From contig QPGO01000141.1 in NCBI GenBank assembly GCA_008632985.1, positions 124,001 through 188,000 on the forward strand: a stretch of 64,000 nt of DNA, read 5' to 3'. This DNA is from Psammoneis japonica. Its lineage: Eukaryota. Numbering within the stretch: position 1 is the stretch's first letter; each line of letters begins with the position of its first letter. The notes beneath the pieces are model-generated. The model was not told the origin of the DNA. It was given only the letters and a program-made list of their open reading frames with translations, and made no database searches. The translations under genes were made by a program, and so were the position numbers. This document shows positions 23,521-38,938 of this stretch, one piece after another.

Positions 23521-24548
23521 GAAGACCTGCCATTGACATCACGATTCGTCGCAGCAACCCCAATGACACTACCGTCTGCCGAGACGGACAAGGACAAATT
23601 TGGTCTCACCATTTAATGGTTAATCCATCTGCATCCATTTGTCGGCAGTGGTGTCGCACTGACAGATTCTGACTGGCTGGCTATTCCACAAACTCGTCGC
23701 TCTTTTTATTTGTTGGATGAACAGAAAATGCACCATCACACAATGCACCAGATGCACCCTCTACAATGAAATGAACTACAAAAATGCAGTGCGATCAATA
23801 CAAGTGGATGAAATACAAACTATATTTCTAATTGTCATTTACCTTGAATGCATGCGCGGATCCGGACCAGCCGCCGTTGGCATCAGCTCGATAAGCACCA
23901 ACTCCAACGACGCATACAGTTGTCACCTGCAGCCTCGCCATTTAAAGGATCTCCGACTCGCTTCCATTCGTTTTCATTGCTGTCATCATGATACCTGCTT
24001 CCGACCGCCAAGACGTTTCCATTGCCACTCAACGACACTGAGAACCCAAAATTATCGTCAGGCTGTTGTGTCAAGAGACTTTGGCCATGTCGCTTCCATG
24101 TCAAAGTCGAGCGGTCGTACGAATAAACCGAAACCCTCTCACTGTTTCCAGGTGCACCCGCAGCCACGATCAAACCGCTGTCGTCAAGAGAAACAGAAGA
24201 TCCAAAAACACCTTCAACGTCTTGTCCATTGATTGGATTGCCCAACAATCCCATCTTGACGAGGCAGAATTGCATTCACACAGTGACACTTGCCCCGAAT
24301 TTTTTCCACCCGAATCATTAAAACGAGCTCCAACGCCAACAATGGTTCCCCGTGAATTCAAGGAAGGGAGTGACCGAACCAATCATTGGTGGCTTGCCCA
24401 ACGAGTGTTGGTCCAAGTTGGTTCCAGGATGAGGTGCCGCGGTTGTATTGAAATAATCGAAACGACCCAGATTTCAAGCCATTTTCCGTGTCATCCAAAA
24501 AAGCTCCCACGGCAACAATGCCTCCCGCGTCGAGCGAAAGAAATCCGA
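23521..24548 (-). pseudogene. FG-GAP repeat protein relic, copy 2
   Basis: Near-identical to 3230-4260. Confidence 0.78.
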
Positions 24549-25047
24549 TGTATCGGATTTAGTTAGAGTGCTGTTGTTAGAGTGCTGTTGGTAACGGCTG
24601 GTGCTGAGCCAACCGTTGTGACGTGTTGTCGGAGGGAAGCGTTGGATTTCCCTCCAATGGCGCTCACTTGTTACGAGTAGTTGTAACAGGCCTAAGAGTA
24701 TCTTTGGATCGTTAGATTGTTGTCATACCAGTGCTGTGAGCAGCTGAGCCATTCGGCAGCTGGATTTGCTCGCTTCATCAGAGCCAGTGTCCGCACTCCG
24801 TGGTTTGGTGATGGAAAACGATGAACAACGTGATTGTGACGGTTGTGTCACGATGGCACGGTTTTGACGACGAATGCCGACTAACCTGAGGGTATTGCAT
24901 GCGCAAAGCAGTGGGAGATGAGGCCACATCACCGCACTCTCAAGGCCTGCGCGCATCGTCAACGCGATTTTGTGAACGTCAAAGTTTTGATGTGCTTCTT
25001 CTGACACAACTTTTGTCTTATGATGCTACAATGAATCAGGTTTCACC

Positions 25048-26468
25048 ATGGCGGCAGCCCCACCGAACCCGATGGAAACGGCCCTCACTTGGATCGGTTT
25101 CCAGCTGCCTGCTCAGCGCAACGCGATCATGACTGATGTCGCTGCGTTTGACGATGTCGTCGACATGAAGGAATCGGACATCGACACGCTCGCGCAGTCT
25201 TGTTCGAGGAGGACTGCTGCTGAGGGGTGTTTCCACTTTGGATTGGCTCGCACCCGTCGTCTCAAGTCCCTTGTTCATTGGGTGCATGACTTCCAACGCG
25301 TCAGTGAAAATCCTGCCATCGACGGTTTGGATCAGGCGCGTTTTCTCGATGCGCCATCTGCTGCGTTGTCGAGGGCCGACATTCGCAGCCAGATGAGGGA
25401 TCAATCCGAGTCCATTGCTCGTGAGGCATCCCCTGGACTCTTGGAGAGCGAAAAGGTCTGGGCAAAATGGAGTGCCGCTTTCAAGAACATGCTCAGCACG
25501 ATGCTGGGAGTCGACGGCGTTCCATTGATTTGTGTCACACGCGAGAACGAGGAGCCCGAGCCTGAAGGGCATGAGACTTTCATGCAGAAGTCGGTTGCAT
25601 GCGCTCCACTCGAGGGTCCAGCTTTCGAAGCTGATTCTCGTGCCGTCAGCCAACTGATCGTTTCGTTCACGAAAGGCACCCCAAGCGAGCAGTGGATCAA
25701 AGAGCACCGCAACAGCCAGAACGGTCGTCTCAACTGCGAATCTTTGGAGAACCACTGTCAGGGCGAGGGCAATGCTGCCCGTCGCATCTCAGAAGCTGAG
25801 CATTTGGAAAACACTCTGCACTGCAGGAGTGAATGCTCCATGACGTTCGAAACGTTCGTGAACAAGCTTCAGGAGATGTTCAACATTTTCGAAGAGAATG
25901 ACGAACCCAAGACGGAGGCTCAGAAGCTGCGATTGCCATTCGGCAAGGTGCAACACCAGCAGTTGCAGAACACAGCAGAGACCCTGAAGGCGCAGAATGA
26001 GTTCAGAGGAGGGATAGTTTTGCTGCAGCGTGCAACCATCTTGCCGCTAAAGTTGCCACTCTCCCGGAAACAGTTGCGCACCGTCGTGCGATTTCCTCTG
26101 TTGCGTCCGGCGTCAGCAAGGAAGGTGATTCCATTTACAAAGAAGATGGGTCCATTGACACCGGATTTCATAAAAATTGGCATCAATTGAGCAAGGAAGA
26201 CAAGAAGAAGGTCATGGACGAGCGTGTGCGTTTGGGACTCAAGAAGAAGCCGGGCAACCCGAAGCGCCGCGCTGCATCCGTCAGATCGCTTAAAAAGAAG
26301 AATCGGAAGCTGACGTCCCAGCTTGAGCAAGCGAACCGCACTGTTTCTTCCTTGGAGACCACTGCCAGCACCGATTCCGGAAAGGTTGGTGCAGGAACTG
26401 GCGGTCAAGGCGGCAACAATGCCGGAGACGCATTTGGGGGACGCCAGGAGCGTCAGCAACGCAGCTGA
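25048..26468 (+). mobile_element. Copia gag relic, copy 2
   Basis: ORFs 25048..26190 and 26187..26468 joined by one frameshift. Confidence 0.72.
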
Positions 26469-27441
26469 CTCCCAAGCTGGACCCTCTTCTGCAGCCTCAT
26501 CCAGTTTGCATTGTGGCCACTTCATTGGGGCGGGGGCCAGCCGCATCGTTCGAAAGAAACGTTGGTTCATTGTCAGTGCCAGCAGAATCATCTGAAGGAG
26601 GAGGCATTGAATCGTTGGACCGTGTCGTTTCGGGTCCTGACAAGAGAGAAACATTGTCATCAGCGTTCCTTTCTCTTTGCACCTCTGGTCCTCCTGGATG
26701 GATGGCAAAGGCGCCAGCAGCATCAAAACATCTGCACCTGCATTGTAGGATGTAAAGTTTGGAGCAGTTGTGGCGCCCATGTCTTCGTCGGCATGATTGG
26801 ATTTAACGAGCAGTTGTGCAAGCTGTTTTTCTTCTTTTTGTGCTTTGTCTTTTTGTTCTTCAACAGCCAAGTTTGCTTCTGCTTGTTGCTGCTCTTGACG
26901 GTGGCGATGGGCAGTTTTTCTTTTCTTCTTTTTCTTGTGAGAAGCAGCGGCGGTTGTTTCTCCTGCAGGTGTTGTTTCTTCAAATTCTTCCAGTTGTTGC
27001 TTCTCCTTCTCGTCATCCTTCAAGTTGCCGCTCCTGCTGGCACTGCCATGAACACCACGCCTGTCGCACATGTCGTTGTTGTGGTTGTTGTTGGAATGAT
27101 TCATCACGGGGGCAAACAACTCTGCAGTGAGAAAGATGCATGGACAAACCGTCAACAAACAGCCACAAGCCACAAGCAACACGAGTGAGAGGTTTGTGAT
27201 GCTCTGTTGCACAACTGGGCAGGTTCACAACTGCGAGTTTGGGACACCCACCTCGTGCAGTTCGACAAGGCAAATGACCCGTTTCTGACCGTTGGGTCAG
27301 CCCAGCCGTTTGAATTTAAAATTGAACGTTCTTGTGCGAGCAAGGCAAGCAATCAAAGGTTTTTTGGCTCACAATTTCTCTCTCTTTTGCTCATTCTTCT
27401 AAAGACCAACAACGAGCAAAGAGCCGCCAGACAGTTTTTAA

Positions 27442-27715
27442 NNNNNNNNNNNNNNNNNNNNNNNNNNNNNNNNNNNNNNNNNNNNNNNNNNNNNNNNNNN
27501 NNNNNNNNNNNNNNNNNNNNNNNNNNNNNNNNNNNNNNNNNNNNNNNNNNNNNNNNNNNNNNNNNNNNNNNNNNNNNNNNNNNNNNNNNNNNNNNNNNNN
27601 NNNNNNNNNNNNNNNNNNNNNNNNNNNNNNNNNNNNNNNNNNNNNNNNNNNNNNNNNNNNNNNNNNNNNNNNNNNNNNNNNNNNNNNNNNNNNNNNNNNN
27701 NNNNNNNNNNNNNNN
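27442..27715. other. Assembly gap (274 N)
   Basis: Run of N; corresponds to ~7138-7418 in copy 1. Confidence 1.
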
Positions 27716-30337
27716 CTGGGAGCACCAGCAGTGCGGCACCACCTCCGGTCATTTGCAACTGTCGCAAACACCACCTTGCCGCCAATGACAACCCACACCA
27801 TGGCAAACACGCCAATTTGATGCAAGATGTTGCAGCACCATTGCAAGGAGTGTCCAGGTGCAACCCTGCCACGCTCCACAGTTGGGTGGCGGCAGCCTCA
27901 AGTCATCATCTGCCAATGGCAGTGATTGTCCATTGCCAAACTGAGGGGGGGGCAACGCCAGCCACATGCAGGTCCCACACCAAATGTCTGCCTGCCCGAC
28001 TGCAGCAATGAGTCCACAATGCCTTGGGACAGCCGAGTCTTTGCAACAGCTGGCGACATCACCTCAGACCAGTTTGCACTGGTTAAATTTGGGGACGACT
28101 CATTCAACCTCATGCAGCAAGGCACTCGTGCACCAACCCATGCAGCGCTCTTGGAGCATGTTGCCAACAATGCCAATGGCTTGCACCCACACCTCCCCAA
28201 TGATGCAGCAAAATGCCGAAGTTGTCCGCACATGTCGCGCCATGCATGTGCCATTTGAGTTCCTCCATTTTCTTCTTGCACAGCTGTTGCAACCCAAGCA
28301 GGCCTGTCAGCGCGTCCACGGTGCCGCCACTGCAGCAAACAAAGTTGCCGCTGTTGGATCACTGCTTGATTTTCTGCGTGTGGCATGCTGTGCCATGGAA
28401 CAAACCAACACACCTCACCAGTGGCACGTGCATGGCCAGTTGTGACTCACCCACCGAGTTCAGTGCCAACTCGATTTTTTAATGTCGCGCAGGCAATTGA
28501 AGAGCTCACTGGAGAACAACGGCAAGGGTGCCTGGATGCCACCGCAAGACAGCAAGCAGCAGTGCACGGAAAGACGCCAATGATTTCTGGGGCATCTTTG
28601 GCATCACCAAGTTGATGCAATGGTGCAGTGTGCTAAACGAGGCAGTGCTGCCGCCACTTTGGGCTGCACCAGCCACCGCAACAAAAACAGGCCGACTGGC
28701 TGTGGTGCAAAACACCATGGATGAACAACGGCAGGCATTGTCCGTGCACTTCAGCCTCCCTGTCACTGTCAGTTTGGTCACAAAGTTGATCCAGCCAGAT
28801 TTTGCTGGACACAACCAAGATGACCCAACCCAAGGTGTTGATCCCTTCCAGTTTGGGCTGGTCACACCCAACGGTGTGGCACAAATTGCATGTTGCAACG
28901 CAGTGCACACTCACATCCAAAGCACCCTTGGCCACTGCCATGCAAGCCGCGCAACAATCGCACAATGGCTTGTGACCAGTGATGTCAGCGTTGATGGGAG
29001 CCAATCATCCAGCAGTGCAGTGGCTCACTTGCCAGCGTCATGACATGGACCGCCATGCCAACAAGCTGGCGGCACTGCACACCTTGCACCGAACCTTGCC
29101 CACGGATTTTCAATGCCGTGCGCAAATTGAAATCCGCCACTGGTTCAGGGCACAAGAGGCTGCACATTGGCCCCTCCCATTTGCACCCCTCAATGTCGTG
29201 TCTGAGGCAGCAAAGGGCATCGCGTGCTGGCACTCGCATCTGCCTGCAAACATGCATGCTGCCCCGCCTGACTTTGGGCAAGGCACCATGGCTGCAAACC
29301 TGGCACACCGCCAGCCCATGCCAGCCAGAGCACCCACCGCTCCAGCAGTTGCAGAAAGCAACAGTGTTGTCCGCAATCCTTCCTGTGATTCTCGTTTCAC
29401 CGCGCTTCGGGAACGCCCCAATGTCAGGTCCTGCGACACAAAGACCCATTGCACCAGAGATGGGATCAACCTTCCCAAGGATGCCAAGGTCGGCTCCATG
29501 ATTTGTTCCTCATTTTGTCCAGTGACGGAGTTTGGGACACAGTCAGCAATGAAGAAGCTGCTGGAATTGTCCTCAATGAGTCTTGTCCTGAAAGAACCAC
29601 AGTGCAACAAGATGAGGACAACCATGATTTAGTTGTCAACACAGACTGCTTCAAGTGGACTGCCAAGAAACTGTGCAATTGTGCCAGGTGAGTTTTGACA
29701 TCACACCTGGTTTGAGCTCATTTGCCGCATGATTGCGATTTGCTGTCTTCTGCTTTGGAGATCACATGCTCACCTTCATGCCCATCTGTTTTCATTGTGT
29801 GGGTCACGCGGATCTGGCAACAATTTTTCTGCCATTTGTGTGTCTTTGCAGAGTTGCGGCAATCCCAACTCAAGCTCTGGGAATCTGCACCGTCGCCTCT
29901 GCTGCACGACAGTCTTTTTCTTCAGAGTGAAATTCAGTTGCATGCTTTAAGTCCGCCTTCCTAAAGAGGCCAAAATTGGCAAGACCGACTTCTCCAGCAC
30001 AAGATTTTTCTCACTGAACAGTGTTGAAAGCACAGTCATGGCTGTCTTGTTGGCTGCATCATTTCACAGCATGCGCAAAGGTTTCTGCCATTGAAACTCA
30101 ACAACGATCTTGTTGTCACTGATGAAATGCAATCTTTGCAGCAATGCCAAAAGAGCTGCAAACAATGTGATTCGATTCATTCTCTCTCCACTCTCCATTC
30201 TCTAGAGCAGAGTGTTGGAGAGCTGCCGCGCGGCAGAACAAGGATGCACAATGAGCACGGGAACCTAAAATTTCAATCGCAGCCACAGCGCGTGGAATGA
30301 CGTTGCACGATGTCACAATCACAACAAACTGTGCACA

Positions 30338-33300
30338 CACAGGAAACAAGAATCCACGGAATTGCACGGAATGTGTGCTTTTTCTCCTTGTTCCATTTGT
30401 TTGTTCCACAAAAAATGAGGCCTTTTTTTGTGTCCGTTTGGATTTTTCTAAGGAACATGCCCTCACATTCCAGATGGAAGTGTCAGCAATCGGAGTGCGA
30501 TGGTCACATTCCGTTCCGATCACCAAGACAAGTGCACTCCATTTTTGTGCGGAACATGAACTTGAAACTGGAACAACCGCTTCATTCCATGCACAGACTG
30601 TGAGGTCAACGAATTTTATTTTCAACAATGTGCCATTTGTTGGCACAGAGCATGTGTTGAGGTGAAAAATTGCAATGAACATTGTCCACATTGGCTGATG
30701 TCACTGCTCCATTGTTCAATGCTCTCTGTTTGTCCCTCTGTGATGATTCAAGCGACCACAGCATCAAGAATGACGGTGAGATGTTTGATGCTGTAATGCT
30801 GTGAGACCGTGCATTGTTGTCATGGCATGCATGTTGTTGTCGTCTTTGATCGTGGAAAATGTTGTGCAGGACACTCACATCTTCATTTTTGTTTTAACTT
30901 GTTGCACAGCAAAGAAGACAGCACAACAATGACGGCCAAAATGTTTGGTTGACATTGGAATGAGAATCCCAAAAGGATCACACATTTTGTTGTTGTTTCA
31001 ATGTTGCAATGTGTCATTGACAAATCAAGGACTTTTAAAACAAACAATTCAAATCATGCATGTGAAACAATTGTGTCAAAAACAAAGAAGAAAACATTTG
31101 ATGACCACGTGCTGATTTGTTGAACAGCACGTGGAAAGACGTCATTGAATTCCACGTGACTTTGACTGCTCTGTAGAAGGTGCAACGATTCATGCCAGAG
31201 GAGAGGATTTGCATCGCAGCCACATTTTCTCGCACTTCTTCTCGTTTGCTCTGTGGGAAGAACAACGGGATGAGTGGGTGGTGTGATTTGTGACAATTGC
31301 AGCACACACGATGGTGAGTTGTGATGTGATTGTGCAGCACTTCAAAGGTCACTTGCACTCATGTTTTCTTCTCTCTTTTTGCTGTTGGGGTTTGTTTCGA
31401 GAGTCCAGAGGGTTCTGGTTCCGAGCGCGGCTGCTCTGCTGCTGAGAGAGTGGCACTGCATCATCGACCACTCTGGCATTTGGCAAAAAAGACATCTGGA
31501 CAGCTGCATCCATCAACGGCCCGCAAGTGCAAGCTTCATTTTGCTTTTTCTGTCACATTGAATGCGTTGCTCACTTTTGACTTTGCCACATGTTGCTCAT
31601 GTTTGGGAAAGGTTGAAGTGCCCCTTGTCATCCATTGGGCACCCAAGACAATCAAAAGAAGGTGTGCATCATTCTGAGATTTGGCTGAGTGGTGTGGCAA
31701 AGCGATCGGTCGTGCAAATGCAGGCAGAGCACCAGCATGGGCGGAGCAGGAGTTCTTGCTGTGCAATGGAAATGCAGCAGCACAATGACCCTGTTTTAGA
31801 ATTTCACTTGATTCCGCAACGTGTTCCGCATCACAAGCTCTGGAGATGACATGCCACACTCCGACCACAACACGGAAAGTGAAGCTGTTGCATTCCGTGT
31901 CATTGGCTGAGCGAAAGGAATCCACAAACGGAATGTGGCAAAAGGAGTGGCAAATGGAATTTAAAACAAATGGCCTCTTTCTAACAAACAAAATGGTGAA
32001 ACGCAACACAGGGGTCGCCGATCTAGTGTTCAGTGCTTGTTGTTCCTGCGATTGCTCATCTGACAGAGACATCGTCGATGAAGAAATGTGACAAATGCAT
32101 TTTGGTGACTTTGGTTCGAATGTTTAGTGTGGTTTGAACTTGCCTCATCAATGACGTCACAGAAGTCATTCTGGGCACACGCGTGTGTCAGAATGCCCAA
32201 CACCCCGTCGACGGCCCAATTAATTTGTGCATTGTGATGTCATCAGCTCATGCAAGAAAATGTCCTGCGTGTCTTTTCCTCTCACGGAATTCATTTGTGG
32301 AGACAACAAACACTGTGTTTACGGTCAAACACAGAAATGATGTCATTTGCATTTGTGAACAACACAATCTCGTGAAAACAATGCAAAAAACAACAAACAC
32401 TAGATGTGCGCGCTGCGCCGTGCCAATTAGATCAGCGAGGCCTGCGCGCAAATTGTGTCTTGGGTGCGGAATGAGTGCACATGTACGTTGGAATGTGACG
32501 CGGATTTTGATGAGGCTTTTTTCGTTTTGCACCGTGTTGTTCACATTGGGGTGTCCCGAAAATCAAATCGGATGGAAATCAGAGGCAAATCAGCCAGATT
32601 TGACCCCAATGGTCATCCGCACGCGTGCCTGCACCAGCCTGTTTTGCGTCTGCTGACAAATCAGGCTGATGGCAGGATCCATGCAAGCACACACCAGAAA
32701 TCCTCTTGCAGAAGCCATGAGAAGTGGCTGGTGTTCAACAAAAAAAGAGAACTTCAACGTGGTTGTGCTGGATTCCCTCTCAGAATTCACAAAAACAACA
32801 AACATCACTCTGTTGCGTCTGTTGTTGTCAACCACAATGTCGAACTTGCCGTGGCGTGGCAAGCCTCTGCCACCTCTCCCAATGCCACAGAAGCTGAAAG
32901 ACGTGAACTTGTGGCCAGTGCAGCTTTGAGACGTCAGGTTCAGGCTGAAGAAATGAACAATTCAGAAGCAAACAACCAAGAAGAGGAAAGCGTGTCACAC
33001 ATGAACGCATCCCGTGTCAGCAATTCGGGTCCCCATGCTGCAACCAGTGGGGATGAATTTGATGGAGAAGGCATGTCATTGTCTGAATCTGTTGACAACA
33101 GTGCTGCTGAGGAAGTTGCTGCAGCTGTCACTCCCACTCAGTCTCAGGAGAAACATCAACAGGAGCCCTCCACGGCTGAAGAAGTTCTGCACACTCCCGA
33201 GCACGCAAGGCAAGACGAGGAGGCCATGCAGCATTTTGATTGAGTCATTCACGAATTTGCTGAAGAAGACCCTGTTGAGTTTCATGAAGCCACACATGAA

Positions 33301-36300
33301 CGGTCATCTGCACAGAATCTTTTGGACACTCAAGTGACTGTCGACGAGGGAGGGAAGACCGGCACGTGCCGCGATCCGAAAACAGGGAAAATTGTGTCTG
33401 CAGACTTGAAGCATCCACACAAAGAAGTCCACAGCCGATTGAAGAGAGAGACAAGAATGCAGGCTGAAGCATGCAGGAAGAGAGAACCACTCAGATGAGC
33501 TGTCAATGACAGAGCAAGAAAAAGTGCGTGCTTTTCTGCATCGTGAATGTTGCAATGTCATTTTGTTCTGGCCTGTTGTCTGACAACATTGTTGCCAAGA
33601 TCTGAGATGGGGGGGATGCCTGTGCAAAGGTCTCTTGAAACGACATGCAACCTCCCAGATGAATGCTTTGGCAGGGTGGACAACACAGCTGAGCATGTCC
33701 ATGCTGAAGGCATGTGTCCAGAACCAAGGTCTTTGTCTGCCACCAGGGCTCAAGGTTTCGTCAACGGCCTGCTGAACCCAACAGAGTCTGAATGGGCTGG
33801 AGATCCAACTGCTGGAAATGTTGTGGATCTACTTGGTGCATCCTCCAGCAGCATTGATGTGTTCTCATTCCCAAGACACCCTCATCCACGACGTCCGCGC
33901 ATGCAAGAAGAGTCGTCTTCCTCCAATTCCACCTCTGCCGACGACCATCTGCTGCTTCAAGATGGCAGGTGCACCAGGAGGGCCAGCACATGGGTGTCTC
34001 GCCCAACTCTTGGCACCTTCCTGGACAACGACAAAGAAGAAGCAGCTCTCCTTTTCATTTTGAAGGCTGCCAAGCAAAAGGGGTTCAACGAAAGCCTTGT
34101 CCATGGAAAGTGCATCAAGTTTCTTTGTGACCCAGTGGATGGGGGCCTCTTTGACAGGAGTCGTCATGGGCCTCTCAGCAACTTCACTCCAATCACTGTG
34201 GACACCCTCAGGAAAAAGTTGAAAGAGGCTGAGACTGTTTGTAGGAGCAGGTGCTGCTCGCAAGGTTCCCACAGCACCGACACCACTGGGGCAGAGGGAG
34301 AGGCCACACCTGAGTTTGGCCGACTGTTTGTGGAGTTTTTCCGGCACCAGGAGCTCCAGTCAAGCTTGTCCTCCTCCCGTCGTCGATCTGCCAACGCTGA
34401 GGCTGCACGAGACAACAGGATCAGGTGTGTGAAGCGATTGTTTGTGCGTGTCATTTTCTGCAGCATCTCTCACAACATTCTGATGCCTCTCACAAGGGTG
34501 GAATGAAGCACAATTGGAGCAATGGCTCCTCTTGGCAAGCCTGGACAGGCGCTCCGGTGGGAGACCACTCGTGGCACCTCTGCCAGTTCCTTGTTTGCGG
34601 CATCACAGGACATTGGCTGTGGCCTCACCCAACAAATCAAGCCTTTGGATCCTGCTCAATCCCAAGGCTCAGCAGTTCAAACATGGAGTCCCCACGTCGT
34701 ACAAGGAGAGGCCGCCCCCCAGCTCCACGCCGCACACACAGCCTGGAGTCATCTCCAGGAGGAACGTCAAGCCACATTCCAACTCGGATGAGCAGTTTTT
34801 GCCGGGGGCACATGTTGCAGCATTCAAGAGCAACTTGCAAGATGTGGTGCAAATGACACACAGCACATCCACAGCGCCTCCTGCAGCAGCTGTTGTCCAT
34901 TTGCCACCATTTTGTCGGACATTTCGAATGTGCAGAACCAACGCGATCAGGCTGAAAATCGTGGAGAGAGCACCGAAAGCTTTGACTTTTACCTGGAAGT
35001 GCTCGAGAATGAGATCAAAGCTTGCAATGCAGCACAGCAGTGTGCCCCACAGCAGATCTATTTTCCTTGCACTCTTCTGAAGAAAACGAAAACCAAGAGA
35101 ACAGCTGCACCGGTTAGACCCGCAGTTGCGCGCCAAGATCCTGGCGCGATTTGCTCAACCAGTTGTTGCTTTACAAGCACTTAGAATTGCAGGACAATCA
35201 ACAGCAACAACATTGTGTGTAGAACGATGGCTTGCTTGTGGTGACACTGTCATTCCCACACCCCCATTGGATCGGAGTCGGCATTCAGACATCCAAACGA
35301 CCTGCAGTTTTGCGCCAAAATCCCAGCAGGATTTGATCAACTGGTCATTGCTTTGGCAAGCACTCAGAACTGTGGGACAATCAACATCAATGACATCATC
35401 TGCAGAACCACAGCTTTCCAATGGTGTTGCTTTCGTTTCCATGCGCCCAGCAGATCAAATTTGGCATTGAGACATCCAAACGCCCCCGTGGTTGCGCCCA
35501 AAATCCCACCGCGATTTGATCGACCAGCCATTGCTTTGCAAGCACTTGGAAGCATGGGGCATGGCCCGCATCCAAAGGTCCCGGGCTGGGTTTCATTCAT
35601 GCCACAGCAGCAATTCAAAAGAAAGAAGGATGAGAACAGCAGCTTCAAAATGCAGTCGCCACTGATGAACAGACGCAAATGGGATGGGTCGTGAAATGCA
35701 CCAACGAGATTGCGGTGGTCGGCAAAGGTGTGCTCCTCCAACTCTCTTGACCCTGCCATGGCAGAGTTGACATTCATTTCAAACCAATCTGGGTCCCGAC
35801 AGCGAGGAACAACAGCTGGCAAATCTTGAGCAAAAATTTCATCAGCATGCGGGGATGGGAGAAAAAGACGATGCGGCGGCAGGGCGTGTGGAGCTAGAAT
35901 TTCCTCGAGATGGCCACTCAGATTGCTCATGTTCATCACTCCCATTGTCATGACGCAAAGAAGCAATCCAAATGCTTCCTGTCATTCCATTGGGAAGAAA
36001 AACTGCTTGCACTTTGAGACCATGAGCTCTGAAATGCATGCTGCAGCGACGGAAAACATGCACAAAGAATTGAGAAAGAGTGAGAAAGATGTTGACAACG
36101 GTTTGACAATCAACACATTTTCAGAAAGGACAACTCCACCCACAGAAAGCTTGTTGCATGTCATCTGTGAAGCCCCAGCACCGTCTTGGTGAATCCCCAG
36201 GGCGAGCCGTTGGAACACCCGTGTAAAAATCCAAATGTTCGGAAGGTCAAAAATGGCAACAATGTGTGCATGAGTTGACCAAAGGTGGCAAATCCGCTGC

Positions 36301-38852
36301 CATCATCCACTTCTTGCAGAGAGGCCCTGCGAACCAGTTTGCTCCAAATCGCAAAACGAAATTTTGTGATGTGAGGCAGCCACATGTTCATCGACCGGCT
36401 GCTTGTCTTGGGGCAGAAAGTTCCATGCAAGTGTTCTGCCATGAATCGCATGATGCAAGTGAAGCGTCGTGGGTTGCCACCAAAAGCATCTCCAGCCATG
36501 GTGGTGCATGTGTGCCCAGATCGAAGGTGACATGAGAAAACAATGACAACCTCCTTGTGCTCAAAAACACAATCTTGACACCTCACAACCGCTGGAACGC
36601 GAAGGTGACGTGTGAGTTTCCGCAGTTTTCGGCGGTTGCAACCTGTGAAACTGCGGCATTCATGTGGAGCAAGACTGTTGATTGTCCTTTTCTGCTCCAA
36701 CAAAAATCTCTCCTGTCTTCTGTGAAAGAAACAACAATCTTCAAAGTTGAGCAGCGACATCATCGTGTGGCACTTGCACCATGCCAGCAAAGTGAAAAAA
36801 GTCTTGAACGCTGCTGCTTCTCGGAAGCACTGAGCTGCATTCCTTTGCTTCTTTTCAATTGGAACAACAAGCATGAACAAGAACAAAAGCAATGCATGAC
36901 AGTGTGACATCATCATCATTGCAACAGCACAGTGGCCGGCCATTTCTCGCGCATCTGATGCCGTCAAGCCATCACCATGGTGCAACCAGTTGGTGCGGCG
37001 CACTGCTTGCCTTCTGCCCATGCCATCCTCTCAGCATCATCTTGGCCGTCATCAGCATCACCAGAAGAAACATCCTCATGACTGCGTTGCCTGAGATTGA
37101 CGGCATCATCATCTTGGCTCATCATCTTGCTCGGCTGCGGCCTGCGGGTTCAAACAAAGCAGCACAACAAATTGTCCATGGAGCAGCAACACAGAAAAGA
37201 GAGTTTGACACAGTCAATGTAGTCACTCGAATGAGGGATTGTGCTTCGTGCGATTTGAGAGGGCGCGCCACAGTTCTTGGCCCGTTCATTTTCTACGTGG
37301 CCTGGCACAACCCAAATCTGTGTAGATTCAGTGCGTTTTGCCCTGCAGAACAGTTTTTGGGAGTGTTTTCTGGCTCGCAATGCAAAATGACACGCAAAAT
37401 GACACGGACAATGGCGTTTTGCCGATTTCAAAAATGCGGTTGTTTCTGAGGTGCTTTGCAGTGTGCTCTCAATGGAATGTCACACGTCACAGCACAAGGT
37501 GTGTGATGAGCTCGAGAGCACACAGGTTCACATGGGTGGCTGATGGTGACATTTTGAGCTGAAGATTGATGTTGACACCTCCGATTTTGTTGCATCAAAA
37601 CGCAACTTGTGCATCACCATTCATTCTGTGCATTTCGTTGAGCACTCACACGTTCACATTCTTTGAACTTGCACACATGTTGTCTTTCCTCATTGTTGTT
37701 TTGTTCTGCAGGGTCTCCCTTGCCATGAGCCATCCCTGAGAGAGAAATGCTTCCTTTGAATGTCACTTCTACCTTGCAACGGCCACGGCAGTCTGACGAC
37801 AAGTCCAAGTCACAGACACAGCATCCAGATGGCTTCACAATGAATGCAGAAGCTTGGGTCTGTGGTGTCTGCAGATGTTCAAGCTCTTGACAGCTCAGAT
37901 TTGTCGCAGAGCAATTTTGCCGCGCATTCGACGTGCTTCCAAAAGGCGATGCGGAGTTTTGTTCAACAGAGAAACGCACCATGGCAATTGTGATGGTTTG
38001 CATTGAGTCTCACAGCTGCAAGGCAGTTTGTGACACAGAAACATGTGACTTGTTTGCCTCATTTGCCAAGCCTGTGCAACACATTTAGAGGTGAAAGTCG
38101 GGGCAAATTGTGCACAGTGCCAAGTCTCCAAAAACAGCACAAGAGTGCAAGCCCAAAAGAAAAATTGGCTTTGCAACTTGCCACTAGAGTGCAGAGCTTG
38201 TTTTTCTGGGGCATCATGTCTCTGTTGTTTTTGTGGAGTGAACATTCACTGGAGTTGTCACCGCCAACGTGCGAGTTCACCTTGACAACATGTTGCACTG
38301 TGTTCTGAGATTTTGGAATGAAAAAACAACTTGCGCTCACATTGTTCTGTCACAACAGAAATGTGCGAGCTGTCCCTGGCCCTTTTGGAGAAATCGGGCA
38401 AGTGAAAGAGGAGCTGCAGAAAGATGCAGACGACGCCATTTTGATGGATTCTCGTCAGGTGGGGTGTGGCGAGGAGTCGTGATGGAGTGCCGCTTCGTGT
38501 TTTTGTGCTGCGTCCATGTGGGAATGTGCGTGCTTGGCTCTCGTGCAGTTTCCACGTAAAAAGTGCACCAGGCGATCTCTGGACCGCCCTCTTAAATGGA
38601 AATTTGACAGAAAAGGAATTTGGAATGTTTCACATTTTCGATTTCTCTGATCCCCTGCCGCGCGCGTCGTCAGCAACGCGCTTTTCGGGACACCCAGAAC
38701 TCAGCGGCGTGTGGGAGGCCGCGCGGTGCGCTGAAACGCGTCCGATTTGCGTCCGGAACCGCATTTTCGGGACACCCTGTTCCGTTTTGAGGCCTTTCGC
38801 GACGGAGTCGCGCACACATTCCGTGCGATTCCGTGGATTCTCGTTTCCTGTG
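30338..38852. mobile_element. TIR transposon, copy 2
   Basis: Same TIR pair and internal content. Confidence 0.75.
35396..37021 (-). pseudogene. Harbinger transposase relic, copy 2
   Basis: Near-identical to copy 1 with additional indels. Confidence 0.8.
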
Positions 38853-38938
38853 TAAAACAAACAGCAATGAACGAGATGCGAGACAGTCGGCAGTCGAACA
38901 CACCACGAGTCGAAGCAGGAGTGCCGCTGTCATGGCGC